Part shown: positions 20,363 to 30,077 of the stretch, one piece after another | Numbering within the stretch: the first letter of the stretch is position 1 | Layout of the letters: every line of letters starts with the position of its first letter | Origin: an uncultured Gemmatimonadales bacterium | Lineage (GTDB): Bacteria > Gemmatimonadota > Gemmatimonadetes > Gemmatimonadales > GWC2-71-9 | Direction of reading: 5' to 3' | DNA length: 64,000 nucleotides | Assembly (NCBI GenBank): GCA_963821525.1 | Contig: CAWGED010000004.1 | Location: 320,001-384,000, forward strand | Program-made: the position numbers and the translations under genes | The notes under the pieces: generated by a model | The model's input: the letters and a program-made list of their open reading frames with translations, nothing else | Told to the model about the DNA's origin: nothing | The model's database searches: none

Positions 20363-21645
20363 TCCTGCCGCTGCTGCTCCTGCTTCAGGCCGCGCCGGTA
20401 GCCCAGGATTCGATCCCCCGCGTCACTCTGCGGGAGGCCCTGCAGCGCTCCGTCCAGCTGAATCCCGACTACGTACAGGCCCTGGGCTTCGCCAATGAAG
20501 CGGAATGGGCCCGGACCGCCGCCCGGATCGCCTTCGTCCTGCCGTCGGTATCGGTGAGTCTCGACATCACCAAGTACTCGCAGCCGTTCTTCAACTTGGG
20601 CACCGGCGGACTTCAGTCGACGTCGGTCGTGTTCCAGGCCAATGCGCGTTATGAGTTGTCGGTCCGGAAATTCACCGATCTCTCCCGAACCAGCGCCGAG
20701 CTCGAATCGGCTACGGCGTCCGAGATGCAGCGCCGATTCGCTGCGGCGATGCTGACCGAGGCCGCGTACTACGACGTGCTGGCCCAGGGGGAGCTCACCC
20801 GGGTTGCCAGGGAGCGGATGGACCGAGCCAGTGAGCAGTTGGGAGTAGCCCGCGCCCGGGTAGAAACTGGTGCGGCGGTGCAGACCGACTCGCTCGAAGC
20901 GCGGCTCGAATTCACCCGCTCTCGCGTCGGAGTGCGGCTCCGGGAGACCGCCCTGACGGTGGCCCGGCTCGAGTTGGGCCGCCGCGTCGGGCTGCCTGGA
21001 CCCGCCGACGCGGAGCCGTTGGACACGTTGCGGGCACCCGACCTTCCGATCACGCTGGCCGACGCAATCAGCCGCGCCCTCGAGCAGGGGCCGGATTATC
21101 GCGTGGCCCGGGCCAATGAAAGGGCGGCGAAGGCGTTCCTCAAAGGACAGCGGGGCGCCTACCTGCCCGTCATCGCGCTGGACGCCAACCACGCCCGGTT
21201 CGACACCAAGGTGTTTCCCAGCGCGGCGAATTTCTCCTCGCTGAACCTGGGCATCAGCCTGCCGATCTGGGACAACGGACAACGCGAGCTGGCGATCAAG
21301 CAGGCTCGCACCCAGAGTGAGGTCGCCCGCGCGGTACGGAATGATCTCGAGCGGGCCGCGGCGCGGGACGTGACCTTCGCATATGAGGGATACGAAACCG
21401 CGCGCTTCACCACCGATCTTGCCGCGGAAGCCGTTGCTGTCGCCCAGGAAAACTACCGGGTGCAGGATGTCCGCTATCGTGCCGGCGCCAGCACCATTAT
21501 CGACCTGTTGAGCGCCCAGAATGGTTTGAGCGATGCCGAGGCGGTGCTGGTCCAGGCCCGCTACGCCAACCTGCTGGCGCTCGCCGGACTCGAGAGTATC
21601 CTGGGCCAGCGGTTGTTCCCGGAGCGACTTGGAGAAGGCTTGTGA
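20359..21645 (+). CDS. TolC-family outer-membrane efflux protein
   Basis: TLREALQRS, LPIWDNG, RYRAGASTIIDLLSAQ; coupled to the RND gene. Confidence 0.9.
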   Translation: MILPLLLLLQAAPVAQDSIPRVTLREALQRSVQLNPDYVQALGFANEAEWARTAARIAFVLPSVSVSLDITKYSQPFFNLGTGGLQSTSVVFQANARYELSVRKFTDLSRTSAELESATASEMQRRFAAAMLTEAAYYDVLAQGELTRVARERMDRASEQLGVARARVETGAAVQTDSLEARLEFTRSRVGVRLRETALTVARLELGRRVGLPGPADAEPLDTLRAPDLPITLADAISRALEQGPDYRVARANERAAKAFLKGQRGAYLPVIALDANHARFDTKVFPSAANFSSLNLGISLPIWDNGQRELAIKQARTQSEVARAVRNDLERAAARDVTFAYEGYETARFTTDLAAEAVAVAQENYRVQDVRYRAGASTIIDLLSAQNGLSDAEAVLVQARYANLLALAGLESILGQRLFPERLGEGL

Positions 21646-22757
21646 TGCACCTCCTCCTGGTGCCCTTCCTGGTGCTGACCCTGCTGGCGTGCACCAAGAA
21701 GACCGACGCCGCGGGGAATGGAGGTCCTGGCGCTGGTGGCGGCGCTCCAGCGATGCCGGTGGAGACGGCCGTGGCGAAGCAGGACACGGTGGTTGATGCC
21801 ATCAGCGCCACCGGGCAAGTCGAGCCGGTACAGCAGATCGAGCTCCGCGCTGAGGCTGAGGGACGATTGGTCGAGATCCTGGTGCGGGAAGGTTCCGAAG
21901 TGGCCCAGGGACAGCCGCTATTTCGCATCGACGACCAGGAGCTGAAAGCCGAAGTCGCGCGGGCCGAAGCCGATCGTGACCTCGCGAACCAGTCCCTGGC
22001 CCGGGCCCAGCAGCTCACCGAGCAGAACGCATCATCTGCGGCCGACCTGGAACGCGCCGAGGCAACGGCTCGAATGAGCCAGGCTCAGCTCGATCTGCTG
22101 AAAGTTCGCCTCGCGCGCACCACGGTGCGGGCCCCGTTCGGCGGAATCTCGGGGCAGCGGTTTGTCAGTCTGGGCGACTATGTGACCACCAGCGACACGC
22201 TGGCGACTCTGCAAACGGTGAATCCCCAGCGCATCGCCTTTGCGGTGCCGGAGCGGTACGCCAGTCGATTGGGGCGCGGCCAGCGGGTCGTGTTCCGGGT
22301 CGCGTCGCTCTCTGGGCAGGAATTCCAGGGCACCGTGGATTTCGTGGACCCGGTGGTCAAGCTGCCTGCGCGCACCATTCTGGTCAAGGCGCTGGTCCCC
22401 AACGGGCGCCGTCAGCTCCAAGCCGGCATGTTCGTCGAAGTCCGCCTCGCGACCGACGTCCGGCCCAAGGCCGTCGTCGTTCCCGAAGACGCCATCGTCC
22501 CGCTGCAGCGCGCGTACTATGTCTGGGTCATCAGCGATGGCAAAGCCACCCGGCGCGAGGTTGAGATCGGTGTCCGCTCACCGGGTTTCGTCGAGATCAA
22601 GAGCGGCGTTCAGGCCGGTGAACAAGTGGTGGTCGGGGGACAGGAGCGTCTCGCCGAAGGCGCCCCCGTCATGGCGACGGTTGTCGAGCGCGGTCCGGTC
22701 ACTCCGGGAGATAGCGGCGGACCGGTCACCAAAGTGGACAGCAGCGGAAAGGACTGA
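21645..22757 (+). CDS. RND periplasmic adaptor (membrane fusion protein)
   Basis: Lipobox LLAC, VREGSEVAQGQPLF, VRAPFGG, GVQAGEQVVVGG. Confidence 0.9.
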   Translation: MHLLLVPFLVLTLLACTKKTDAAGNGGPGAGGGAPAMPVETAVAKQDTVVDAISATGQVEPVQQIELRAEAEGRLVEILVREGSEVAQGQPLFRIDDQELKAEVARAEADRDLANQSLARAQQLTEQNASSAADLERAEATARMSQAQLDLLKVRLARTTVRAPFGGISGQRFVSLGDYVTTSDTLATLQTVNPQRIAFAVPERYASRLGRGQRVVFRVASLSGQEFQGTVDFVDPVVKLPARTILVKALVPNGRRQLQAGMFVEVRLATDVRPKAVVVPEDAIVPLQRAYYVWVISDGKATRREVEIGVRSPGFVEIKSGVQAGEQVVVGGQERLAEGAPVMATVVERGPVTPGDSGGPVTKVDSSGKD

Positions 22758-22781
22758 CGGCTGGGCAAGTCACGAAGCGCA

Positions 22782-24353
22782 TTGAGCTGGATGGTGCTGG
22801 GGGCGGTGCTCGTCGGCTCGCCGCTCGCCGCACAGACCACGCGCCCGGAGCGCACTCAGTTCCGCGAGACCTCGACCCACGCGGATGTTCTGGCTTTTCT
22901 CGATTCGCTCCAGAGACTCGGCGCGGGCCTTCGGATCGGGACCCTGGGCTCGAGTCCCCAGGGACGGCGAATCCCCTACGTGATCGCCGCCCGGCCGATG
23001 GTGGATTCTCCCGGCTCGGCCCACCGCAGCGGCAAACCCATCCTGTACATCCAAGGCAACATCCACGCCGGTGAAGTCGAAGGAAAAGAAGCGGCGCAGA
23101 TGCTGCTGCGTGACCTCACGCTCGGTAACCTCCGTCCCCTGCTCGACAGCGTCATCCTGCTGGTGGTCCCGATCTACAATGCCGACGGCAACGATGACCT
23201 TGCCCCCGGGGAGAAGAACCGCCCGGGACAGAATGGTCCCGCCATCGTGGGCCGCAACACCAACGGCCAGGGTCTCAACCTCAACCGCGACTATGTGAAG
23301 CTCGAGGCCCCCGAGACTCGCGGGGCGCTGGCTCTCCTCGCGGAGTGGGAGCCCGATTTCTTCATCGATCTCCACACTACCAACGGCAGCTATCACGGCT
23401 ACGCCCTCACCTACGCGCCCGGTCTCAATCCCAACAGTGGCCCAGCCAACGACTACGTGCGCGATCATTTCCTCCCGCTGATCAGAGAGCGGCTGCGCAA
23501 GCGCCACCGGGAGGAGACTTTCTGGTACGGCAACTTCCGCAATCAGAATCCCGATTCCCTGGTTCAAGGCTGGGAGACATACGATCCCCGGCCCCGGTTC
23601 GGCACCAACGCCTGGGGCTTGAAGGGACGCCTGGCGATTCTCAGCGAGGGCTACAGCAACGCGCCGTTCAAGGACCGTATCGAGGCGACCTACAACTTCG
23701 TGCGGGAAGTCCTGGCTCTCGCGGCTGAAGAGCGAACCCGGGTGCGAGCGGTGGTCGAAGCGGCGGATGAGTGGCTGCCCGACTCGGTCACTCTGCACTC
23801 CGTGCTGGGGCCGCCCACCCCGCAGGATGTGATTGCGGAAATCACCCAGCCGGATGGAGAAGGAAACGACGGTTTCGCGCGGCGCAAGCGAAGCGGTGTC
23901 TTCAAGACGATCCGGATGCCGGTCTTCGACCGCTTCGTCCCGGCTTTACGCGAGGTCAGGCCCGCCGCCTACCTGGTTCCGCCGGAGCATGCCGACCTGA
24001 TCGCTATGCTTCGTGCCCAGGGCGTCATCGTCTTCCGCGCCGGCGCATGGCGAGGCCCCGCGGAGCGGTTCACCGTGGACAGCGTGAACCTGACGACCAC
24101 CGTCTTCGAAGGCCACCGGGCGGTCGGCCTGCTCGGCCGCTGGGCTTCTGGCGAGGTCACCATGCCGGAAGGCTGGTTCTATGTTCCCACGTCCCAACGT
24201 CTTGGCGTCTTCGCCAGCTACATGCTGGAACCGATGAGCGAAGATGGCTTCGTGACCTGGAACTTCCTCGACCGGGATGTTGCGGTCGGTGCCATGTTCC
24301 CAGTGGCCCGACTCCGGCAACCGCTGGTGGCCCCGATGGAGCTGGTGCCATAG
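22782..24353 (+). CDS. Secreted M14 family zinc carboxypeptidase
   Basis: NIHAGEVEGKE, NLNRD, IDLHTT motifs; signal peptide. Confidence 0.85.
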   Translation: MSWMVLGAVLVGSPLAAQTTRPERTQFRETSTHADVLAFLDSLQRLGAGLRIGTLGSSPQGRRIPYVIAARPMVDSPGSAHRSGKPILYIQGNIHAGEVEGKEAAQMLLRDLTLGNLRPLLDSVILLVVPIYNADGNDDLAPGEKNRPGQNGPAIVGRNTNGQGLNLNRDYVKLEAPETRGALALLAEWEPDFFIDLHTTNGSYHGYALTYAPGLNPNSGPANDYVRDHFLPLIRERLRKRHREETFWYGNFRNQNPDSLVQGWETYDPRPRFGTNAWGLKGRLAILSEGYSNAPFKDRIEATYNFVREVLALAAEERTRVRAVVEAADEWLPDSVTLHSVLGPPTPQDVIAEITQPDGEGNDGFARRKRSGVFKTIRMPVFDRFVPALREVRPAAYLVPPEHADLIAMLRAQGVIVFRAGAWRGPAERFTVDSVNLTTTVFEGHRAVGLLGRWASGEVTMPEGWFYVPTSQRLGVFASYMLEPMSEDGFVTWNFLDRDVAVGAMFPVARLRQPLVAPMELVP

Positions 24354-24354
24354 C

Positions 24355-24445
24355 TTGGAGCCGTCAGCCCCAACTCGGAACTCGGACTCGGTACTAGGTA
24401 CTAGGTACTAGGTACTCCCCACTCAGTCCTTTCTCCCTCGTCACT
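24355..24445. repeat. Composite heptamer array (GCCGTCA, CTCGGAA/CTCGGTA/CTAGGTA x3, CTCAGTC)
   Basis: Read directly; fills the gap before bcp. Confidence 0.85.
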
Positions 24446-24447
24446 TT

Positions 24448-24933
24448 ATGCTCAAGCCCGGCTCTCCCGCCCCCGACTTTTCCCTCCCCAATGACGCCGG
24501 TGGGACCGTGTCCCTCAAGGGCCTCCGGGGCAAGCCAGTCGTGCTGTACTTCTATCCCAAGGACGATACCAGCGGTTGCACGGTCGAAGCCTGCGAGTTC
24601 CGCGATAGCTGGAAGGCGGTGGAGGGACTCGGTGCCGTCGTCCTCGGCGTGTCGCCTGATAGCGCCGCCTCGCACCAGAAATTCAAGAAGAAATACACCC
24701 TGCCATTTCCCCTGCTGGCCGACGAGGACCACGCGGTCGCGGAGGCGTATGGAGCCTGGGGAGAGAAGTCCATGTACGGCAGGAAGTACAAGGGGATCCT
24801 GCGGACTACCTATCTGATCGATGAGAAGGGGAGCATCGCCAGGGTTTTCGAGAAAGTGAAGCCCAAAGGCCACGCGAGGGAGGTCCTGGAGGCTCTGGAG
24901 ACCCTGGCGCTGATGGCCTCCAAGGTGATGTAA
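24448..24933 (+). CDS. bcp: Thioredoxin-dependent peroxiredoxin BCP
   Basis: VLYFYPKDDTSGCTVEACEFRD. Confidence 0.95.
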   Translation: MLKPGSPAPDFSLPNDAGGTVSLKGLRGKPVVLYFYPKDDTSGCTVEACEFRDSWKAVEGLGAVVLGVSPDSAASHQKFKKKYTLPFPLLADEDHAVAEAYGAWGEKSMYGRKYKGILRTTYLIDEKGSIARVFEKVKPKGHAREVLEALETLALMASKVM

Positions 24934-25088
24934 ATCACCTCTCTACGTCTAAAGGGCAGTTGACTGGGCGCGAGAGAGGGAGATATTAGCCACGTTCGGC
25001 CGCCTCAAGGCCGGGTGCGGACCGTTCGTGCTGGACCGGCCCCGTTTTCGTGACGGGGCTACGCTCAATTTACGGATGGGGGGGTTGC

Positions 25089-26576
25089 ATGCGACTATTA
25101 CGTCCTGCCATGGCGGGCCTGCTGCTTCTTGCCGGCGCCGCACCGCTTGCCGCGCAAAAGCCCGGCGCTGTTGAAATCGGCGTTTTTGGCCGGTTCAACA
25201 GCACAGATCCACAGCTTAATTTCGACAACCGAACCGGTATCGGCGGACGGCTCGGCGTCTTCTTTGCACAAAACCTCGCGGTTGAAATTGATGGGTCCTA
25301 CAATCCGCTGTATACAGCCGAGGGCGATTTCGTTCGGTATATCCCGTGGCATGCCGGGCTGGTCTACAACATTGGGGTCGGGTCGACTTCCGCGTTTCTG
25401 ATTGGAGCCCGCTACACCGACAACTGGTTCCGTGAGGCCTATCGGGAGACCGAACACGGCATCGGCGGACTTCTCGGTTTCCGACTGGGCACCGGGGGGA
25501 CGCTCTCCATCAGAGTCGATGGTACGATCGACTACATCTTCAATCCCGAGAGCCGCTTCAGTCAGGGTCCTCCGATTGGTGTCCAGGGAATCCCCAGCAT
25601 CGAACAGGACGACAAGAACCTTCACTACGGCGTCCAGGCCGGACTTAGCCTCATGTTCGGGGGGTACAACAAGGACTCCGACAAGGACGGCGTACTGGAC
25701 AAGGCGGATCAGTGTCCCAATACGCCGACCGGTGACAAGGTCGACGCCAACGGGTGTTCGCTTGACTCCGACGGCGACGGCGTGAAGGACGGTCTCGACC
25801 AGTGTCCCAGCAGCCCGCCGGGAGACAAGGTCGACGCTAACGGCTGCTCGCTCGATACCGACAAGGACACCGTTCGCGACGCGATCGACAAGTGCGCGGA
25901 CACTCCTGCCGGTGATAAGGTGGACGCCAACGGCTGCTCGCTGCCGAAGGATGCCGACGCTGACGGTGTGACTGACGATGTCGATCAGTGCCCGAGCAGC
26001 GCGCCCGGAGACAAGGTCGATGCCACTGGCTGCTCGCTGGATACCGACAAGGACGGCGTACGTGATGCAATAGATCAGTGCCCCGACACGCCGGCGGGTG
26101 ACCAAGTCGATGCCAACGGCTGCTCGGCGGACAGCGACAAGGATGGCGTAAGCGATGCTAAGGATCGCTGCCCCAACACCCGTCCGGGTGCCAAGGTAGA
26201 CGAAACGGGCTGCGAGTTGTTGTTTGAGCAGACCGAACGCGGATTGGTGCTCGAAGGGGCAACCTTCGCCACCGGTAAGACCACACTGACCGCGGCCGGC
26301 AAGGCATCGCTCGACAAGGTCGCCGTGGGCTTGGTGGATAATCCCGGAGTTCGGGTGGAGGTCCACGGTTACACCGACAACACTGGCTCGAAGGCCGCCA
26401 ACGACAGGGTGTCCAAGCAGCGGGCCGAGTCAGTGAAGAAGTACCTGGTTACGAAGGGTGTCACCGCCGACCGTATCGATACCTATGGCCATGGCCCTGA
26501 AGAGCCCATCGCGGACAACAAGACCGCGGCGGGACGGGCCCAGAACCGGCGGGTCGAGTTGCGGAAGGCGCCGTAA
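25089..26576 (+). CDS. OmpA family protein: N-terminal barrel, six thrombospondin type-3-like repeats, OmpA C-domain
   Basis: Signal peptide; six DxDxDGVxDxxDxCPxTPxGxxVDxxGC units; GYTDNTG...RAQNRRVE. Confidence 0.9.
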   Translation: MRLLRPAMAGLLLLAGAAPLAAQKPGAVEIGVFGRFNSTDPQLNFDNRTGIGGRLGVFFAQNLAVEIDGSYNPLYTAEGDFVRYIPWHAGLVYNIGVGSTSAFLIGARYTDNWFREAYRETEHGIGGLLGFRLGTGGTLSIRVDGTIDYIFNPESRFSQGPPIGVQGIPSIEQDDKNLHYGVQAGLSLMFGGYNKDSDKDGVLDKADQCPNTPTGDKVDANGCSLDSDGDGVKDGLDQCPSSPPGDKVDANGCSLDTDKDTVRDAIDKCADTPAGDKVDANGCSLPKDADADGVTDDVDQCPSSAPGDKVDATGCSLDTDKDGVRDAIDQCPDTPAGDQVDANGCSADSDKDGVSDAKDRCPNTRPGAKVDETGCELLFEQTERGLVLEGATFATGKTTLTAAGKASLDKVAVGLVDNPGVRVEVHGYTDNTGSKAANDRVSKQRAESVKKYLVTKGVTADRIDTYGHGPEEPIADNKTAAGRAQNRRVELRKAP

Positions 26577-26595
26577 TCGCAGTTCCGGCAGGACG

Positions 26596-26645
26596 TCGGG
26601 GGGCCGGGACCCTGCTGGATCGGGTTCCGGCCCCCCGATGCTTTG
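26596..26645 (+). terminator. Probable intrinsic terminator after the OmpA gene
   Basis: TCGGGGGGCCGGGACCC...GGGTTCCGGCCCCCCGA stem followed by TGCTTT. Confidence 0.6.
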
Positions 26646-26734
26646 CCCTCCTTGCCGGGTCGGGTGGGCGATTATTCTTCCCCGCTCGGTTTTTGGCGTG
26701 ACTTTTTCAGGAGGGGATCATTCGTCGCACGGCT

Positions 26735-27778
26735 TTGTTGGCGGTCGCCGCTCTCCTGGCGGCATGCGGTCACAATTCGACAAGCGCAGCCCAATCGGCG
26801 ACTTTCCTTCCGCCGGCGCCTGGTGAGCGCCATCTGCGAAACATCCGGCAGCTCACGTCGGCGGGGAACAATGCCGAAGCGTATTTCTCCCGCTCCGGCA
26901 AGCAGTTGATCTTCCAGCGGCAGGAGAAGGTCGATTCCGCCTGCGATCAGCAGTACATCATGAACATCGATGGGTCTGGTATGCGGCGCATTTCCAACGG
27001 CCTGGGCCGGACGACGTGCGGCTACTTCTACGACAACGACCGCAGGGTGCTCTACAGCTCCACGTTCAAGAATTCTCCCGCCTGCCCCCCGGTGCCCGAC
27101 AAGTCCCATGGCTACGTCTGGCCGATCGGCCACCTGGAGATCTTCACTTCGCGTCCCGACGGGTCGGACTTGAAACAGTTGACCGACAACGGCGCGTACA
27201 ATGCTGAGAGCACGGTTTCGCCGGACGGCTCGCGGATCATCTTTACCAGCACCCGGGATGGCGACATCGAGCTCTACACGATGAAAACCGATGGCACCGA
27301 TGTGCACCGGCTGACCAACCGGGTGGGATATGATGGGGGTGCCTTCTACTCACCAGATGGTAAGCAGATCATCTGGCGGGCCGGATATCCGGCGACCGCG
27401 GCGGATACGGCGGATTATGAAGGACTCCTGGCCCAGCGTCTGGTTCGTCCCGGCAAGGTCGAGCTCTGGATCGCCAATGCGGACGGAAGCGGCCCGCATC
27501 AGATCACCCATCTGGGGGGAGCCAACTTCGCGCCGTTCTTCCATCCCGATGGCAAGCGGATCATCTTCTCATCGAACTACGAGAACCCTCGGAGCGGAAA
27601 GTTCGACTTGTTCCTGATCAACGTGGACGGCAGCAGTCTCGAAAAGGTCACGACCGACACGTCGTTCGACAGTTTTCCCATGTTCAGCCCCGACGGCCGT
27701 AAGCTGGTGTGGGCATCGAACCGCCACGGCGCGACCGAGGGCGAGACCGACCTCTTCATCGCGGATTGGGTCGAGTGA
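26735..27778 (+). CDS. TolB-like PD40 beta-propeller lipoprotein
   Basis: LAAC lipobox; repeated SPDG..I.F.S.R motifs. Confidence 0.85.
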   Translation: MLAVAALLAACGHNSTSAAQSATFLPPAPGERHLRNIRQLTSAGNNAEAYFSRSGKQLIFQRQEKVDSACDQQYIMNIDGSGMRRISNGLGRTTCGYFYDNDRRVLYSSTFKNSPACPPVPDKSHGYVWPIGHLEIFTSRPDGSDLKQLTDNGAYNAESTVSPDGSRIIFTSTRDGDIELYTMKTDGTDVHRLTNRVGYDGGAFYSPDGKQIIWRAGYPATAADTADYEGLLAQRLVRPGKVELWIANADGSGPHQITHLGGANFAPFFHPDGKRIIFSSNYENPRSGKFDLFLINVDGSSLEKVTTDTSFDSFPMFSPDGRKLVWASNRHGATEGETDLFIADWVE

Positions 27779-28491
27779 CGGAGCACGCCGCCTCCCAGAA
27801 CCTCTCCCGCTCGCTCTGGGAGTGGGTGAAGTCGATCTTCGTCGCGCTGATCGTCTGGTTTCTGCTGCGCACCTTCCTCGTCGAGGCCTTCCGGATCCCG
27901 TCGGGCAGCATGGAGAACACACTGCTGGTGGGAGATTTCCTCTTCGTCAACAAGGCGGTCTACGGCGCCGAAGTTCCCCTGGTGCACAAGCGACTCCCCG
28001 CTTTCCGGGAGCCCAAGCGGGGCGACGTGCTGGTCTTCGATTCGGTGGAGGACGAAGGACTCAAGGTTGTAAAGCGGCTGATCGGGATGCCGGGGGATAC
28101 GCTGAGCATGGACCACGGCGAGCTCTCACGAAACGGCAAGGCAATTGAGGAGCCGTACGTGAAGCACGAGGATCCGACCAAGTCCGAGGACCCGATGCTG
28201 CGGGCCAAGATGCGACAGTGGCAGGTCCATCACCTGGTAGGGCGCGACCCGAACACCTACGATCCCGATCTTCAGGACTGGGGACCGATCGTGGTTCCCC
28301 GGGATTCACTCTTCATGATGGGCGACAACCGGGATAACTCCTACGACGGCCGCTACTGGGGATTCCTCCCGCGAACCAGCGTTCGGGGTACTCCCCTCAT
28401 TGTGTACTTCAGTTACGATGCCAAGAGCTGGCGCCCCATGCCGTTCTTCACCGCCGTCCGCTGGAAGCGCATCTTCGCCCTGCCCCGCTAG
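27775..28491 (+). CDS. lepB: Signal peptidase I
   Basis: IPSGSMENTLLVGD, VKRLIGMPGD, MMGDNRDNSYDGRYWG; GTGA overlap. Confidence 0.95.
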   Translation: MTEHAASQNLSRSLWEWVKSIFVALIVWFLLRTFLVEAFRIPSGSMENTLLVGDFLFVNKAVYGAEVPLVHKRLPAFREPKRGDVLVFDSVEDEGLKVVKRLIGMPGDTLSMDHGELSRNGKAIEEPYVKHEDPTKSEDPMLRAKMRQWQVHHLVGRDPNTYDPDLQDWGPIVVPRDSLFMMGDNRDNSYDGRYWGFLPRTSVRGTPLIVYFSYDAKSWRPMPFFTAVRWKRIFALPR

Positions 28492-29645
28492 CGTCGCGGG
28501 CTCCATGCCCGCGCCGCGACCGGCACGCCGGCCGCAATACCTCCCATTCCCGCCGCCACCCAAAAAGCTGTTCGCGGACTCCAATGACTGGTCAGCAGCC
28601 CGGCCAGGAGTGGACCAACGACGCGGGCCACCGACGCCACTCCCTGCAGCATCCCCAACGCCCGGCCCTGTTCCTCGACGGGCGTCACTCGTGACACGAG
28701 GCCGGTAGCGCTGGGGGCAACCAGCCCCGAGCCGAGTGCCACGAAACACAGGCTGGCCAGCAAGGCAGGAAGTGGTCGATCGGAGATCACCCCACCCAGC
28801 GCGACTCCAAGTCCAGTAAACCCCATCGCGAGGAGCACACCGCCGACCACCATCAGTGGCCGTTCCCCCGAACGGGGCACCAGTTTCCCGATCAGCCCAC
28901 CCTGTACCAGCGCGTTTACGATTCCAATCATCACGAACAGGTAGGCCACGTGGTGCCGGTCATATCCCAGTTCCCGCTCGACCTGGAGCGGGAAGACGAC
29001 GTACAACACGGTGAACGCCACGGTGGTCAGTCCGATCACTACGAAAGGTTCCCAGAGCAGCGCCCAGTGGACCGGCACCTTCGCGACCTTCGTGGATACG
29101 TGGACCCTGGATTCCGGCAAGCGCCACGCGGCGAGCAGGAAGTTGGCTCCGGTGAGAGCCGAAGCTACCAGGCCGGGTGCAGAGTCTCCCCAGCGACTGC
29201 TGATTCCACCGAGCGCCGGACCCACCACGAATCCCAGCCCGAATGCCGCACCGATGAGGCCCATCGCCTTGGTACGCCGTTCGAGCGGAGTGACGTCGGC
29301 GAGGTAGGCCTGGGCCACGTTCACCGTGGCTCCCATTCCTCCAGCGACAACTCGGGAAAGCAGCAGCGTCCAGAACCCGCCGGCAAAGGCGAAGATGAGA
29401 TAGGAGACTGCGCTTCCTGCCAGGCCGACGAGCAGGATCGGCCGGCGCCCGACCCGGTCGCTCCAACGCCCCCAGATCGGAGCGAAGATGAATTGCATCA
29501 GGGAAAAGCTGGCGACCAGGGCGCCCACCGCGGCGTCGCTGACCTGGTGTTGTGCGGCGTAACTCGGCAGCAGGGGGAGAACGATGCCGAACCCGATGAG
29601 ATCAAGAAAGACGGTGAAGAAGATGATCGCGGCTGCGGGATTCAT
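28488..29645 (-). CDS. MFS transporter, TetA-like (DHA1)
   Basis: LDLIGFGIVLPLLP, motif A GRWSDRVGRRP, GFVVGPALGG. Confidence 0.9.
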   Translation of the reverse strand: MNPAAAIIFFTVFLDLIGFGIVLPLLPSYAAQHQVSDAAVGALVASFSLMQFIFAPIWGRWSDRVGRRPILLVGLAGSAVSYLIFAFAGGFWTLLLSRVVAGGMGATVNVAQAYLADVTPLERRTKAMGLIGAAFGLGFVVGPALGGISSRWGDSAPGLVASALTGANFLLAAWRLPESRVHVSTKVAKVPVHWALLWEPFVVIGLTTVAFTVLYVVFPLQVERELGYDRHHVAYLFVMIGIVNALVQGGLIGKLVPRSGERPLMVVGGVLLAMGFTGLGVALGGVISDRPLPALLASLCFVALGSGLVAPSATGLVSRVTPVEEQGRALGMLQGVASVARVVGPLLAGLLTSHWSPRTAFWVAAGMGGIAAGVPVAARAWSPRR

Positions 29646-29890
29646 CACTTCATCATCTTCCGGGGCTCCTCCGGAGAAGGCGGGGCACCGCGCGCCAGGT
29701 AGACCGCGCAGCGGCTACAGCTTTTGCAGGTGAGGGTGATTCGGCCCGACGACAGGTCGCCACGCTTCGGGTTCCGTTCGATGGTCGCCGAGCTACAGGT
29801 GGGACAAACCAAGACTTTGTGGTCGCGGTCGGCCGCGATCAGCGCCAGTGCCTCGGCTGCTCGGAACTCTTTGACTCCGCGACGACCCAC
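29645..29890 (-). CDS. Small zinc-ribbon protein (start uncertain)
   Basis: CPTC...CKSC; stop overlaps the MFS start. Confidence 0.5.
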   Translation of the reverse strand: MGRRGVKEFRAAEALALIAADRDHKVLVCPTCSSATIERNPKRGDLSSGRITLTCKSCSRCAVYLARGAPPSPEEPRKMMK

Positions 29891-30077
29891 GGAAGGTCCT
29901 TCCAGCGGGTGGTAAACCGCCGGATGTACGGCACCCGCCTTGCTCAATTTACCGGTCGGCCTCGCGGGGCGCAAAGCGAAGGGCCATAAGGCCAAGGACC
30001 CCCGGGCCCTTCCCGCCCCAAGGGGGTCCCCATACATTGGAATTGCTCCCCATACATGCTCAGGACCCTAGGACAGT

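Noticed and set aside
25670..26215. ~90-nt DNA repeats as a repeat element
   Set aside because: They encode the TSP3-like calcium-binding repeats of a known OmpA architecture
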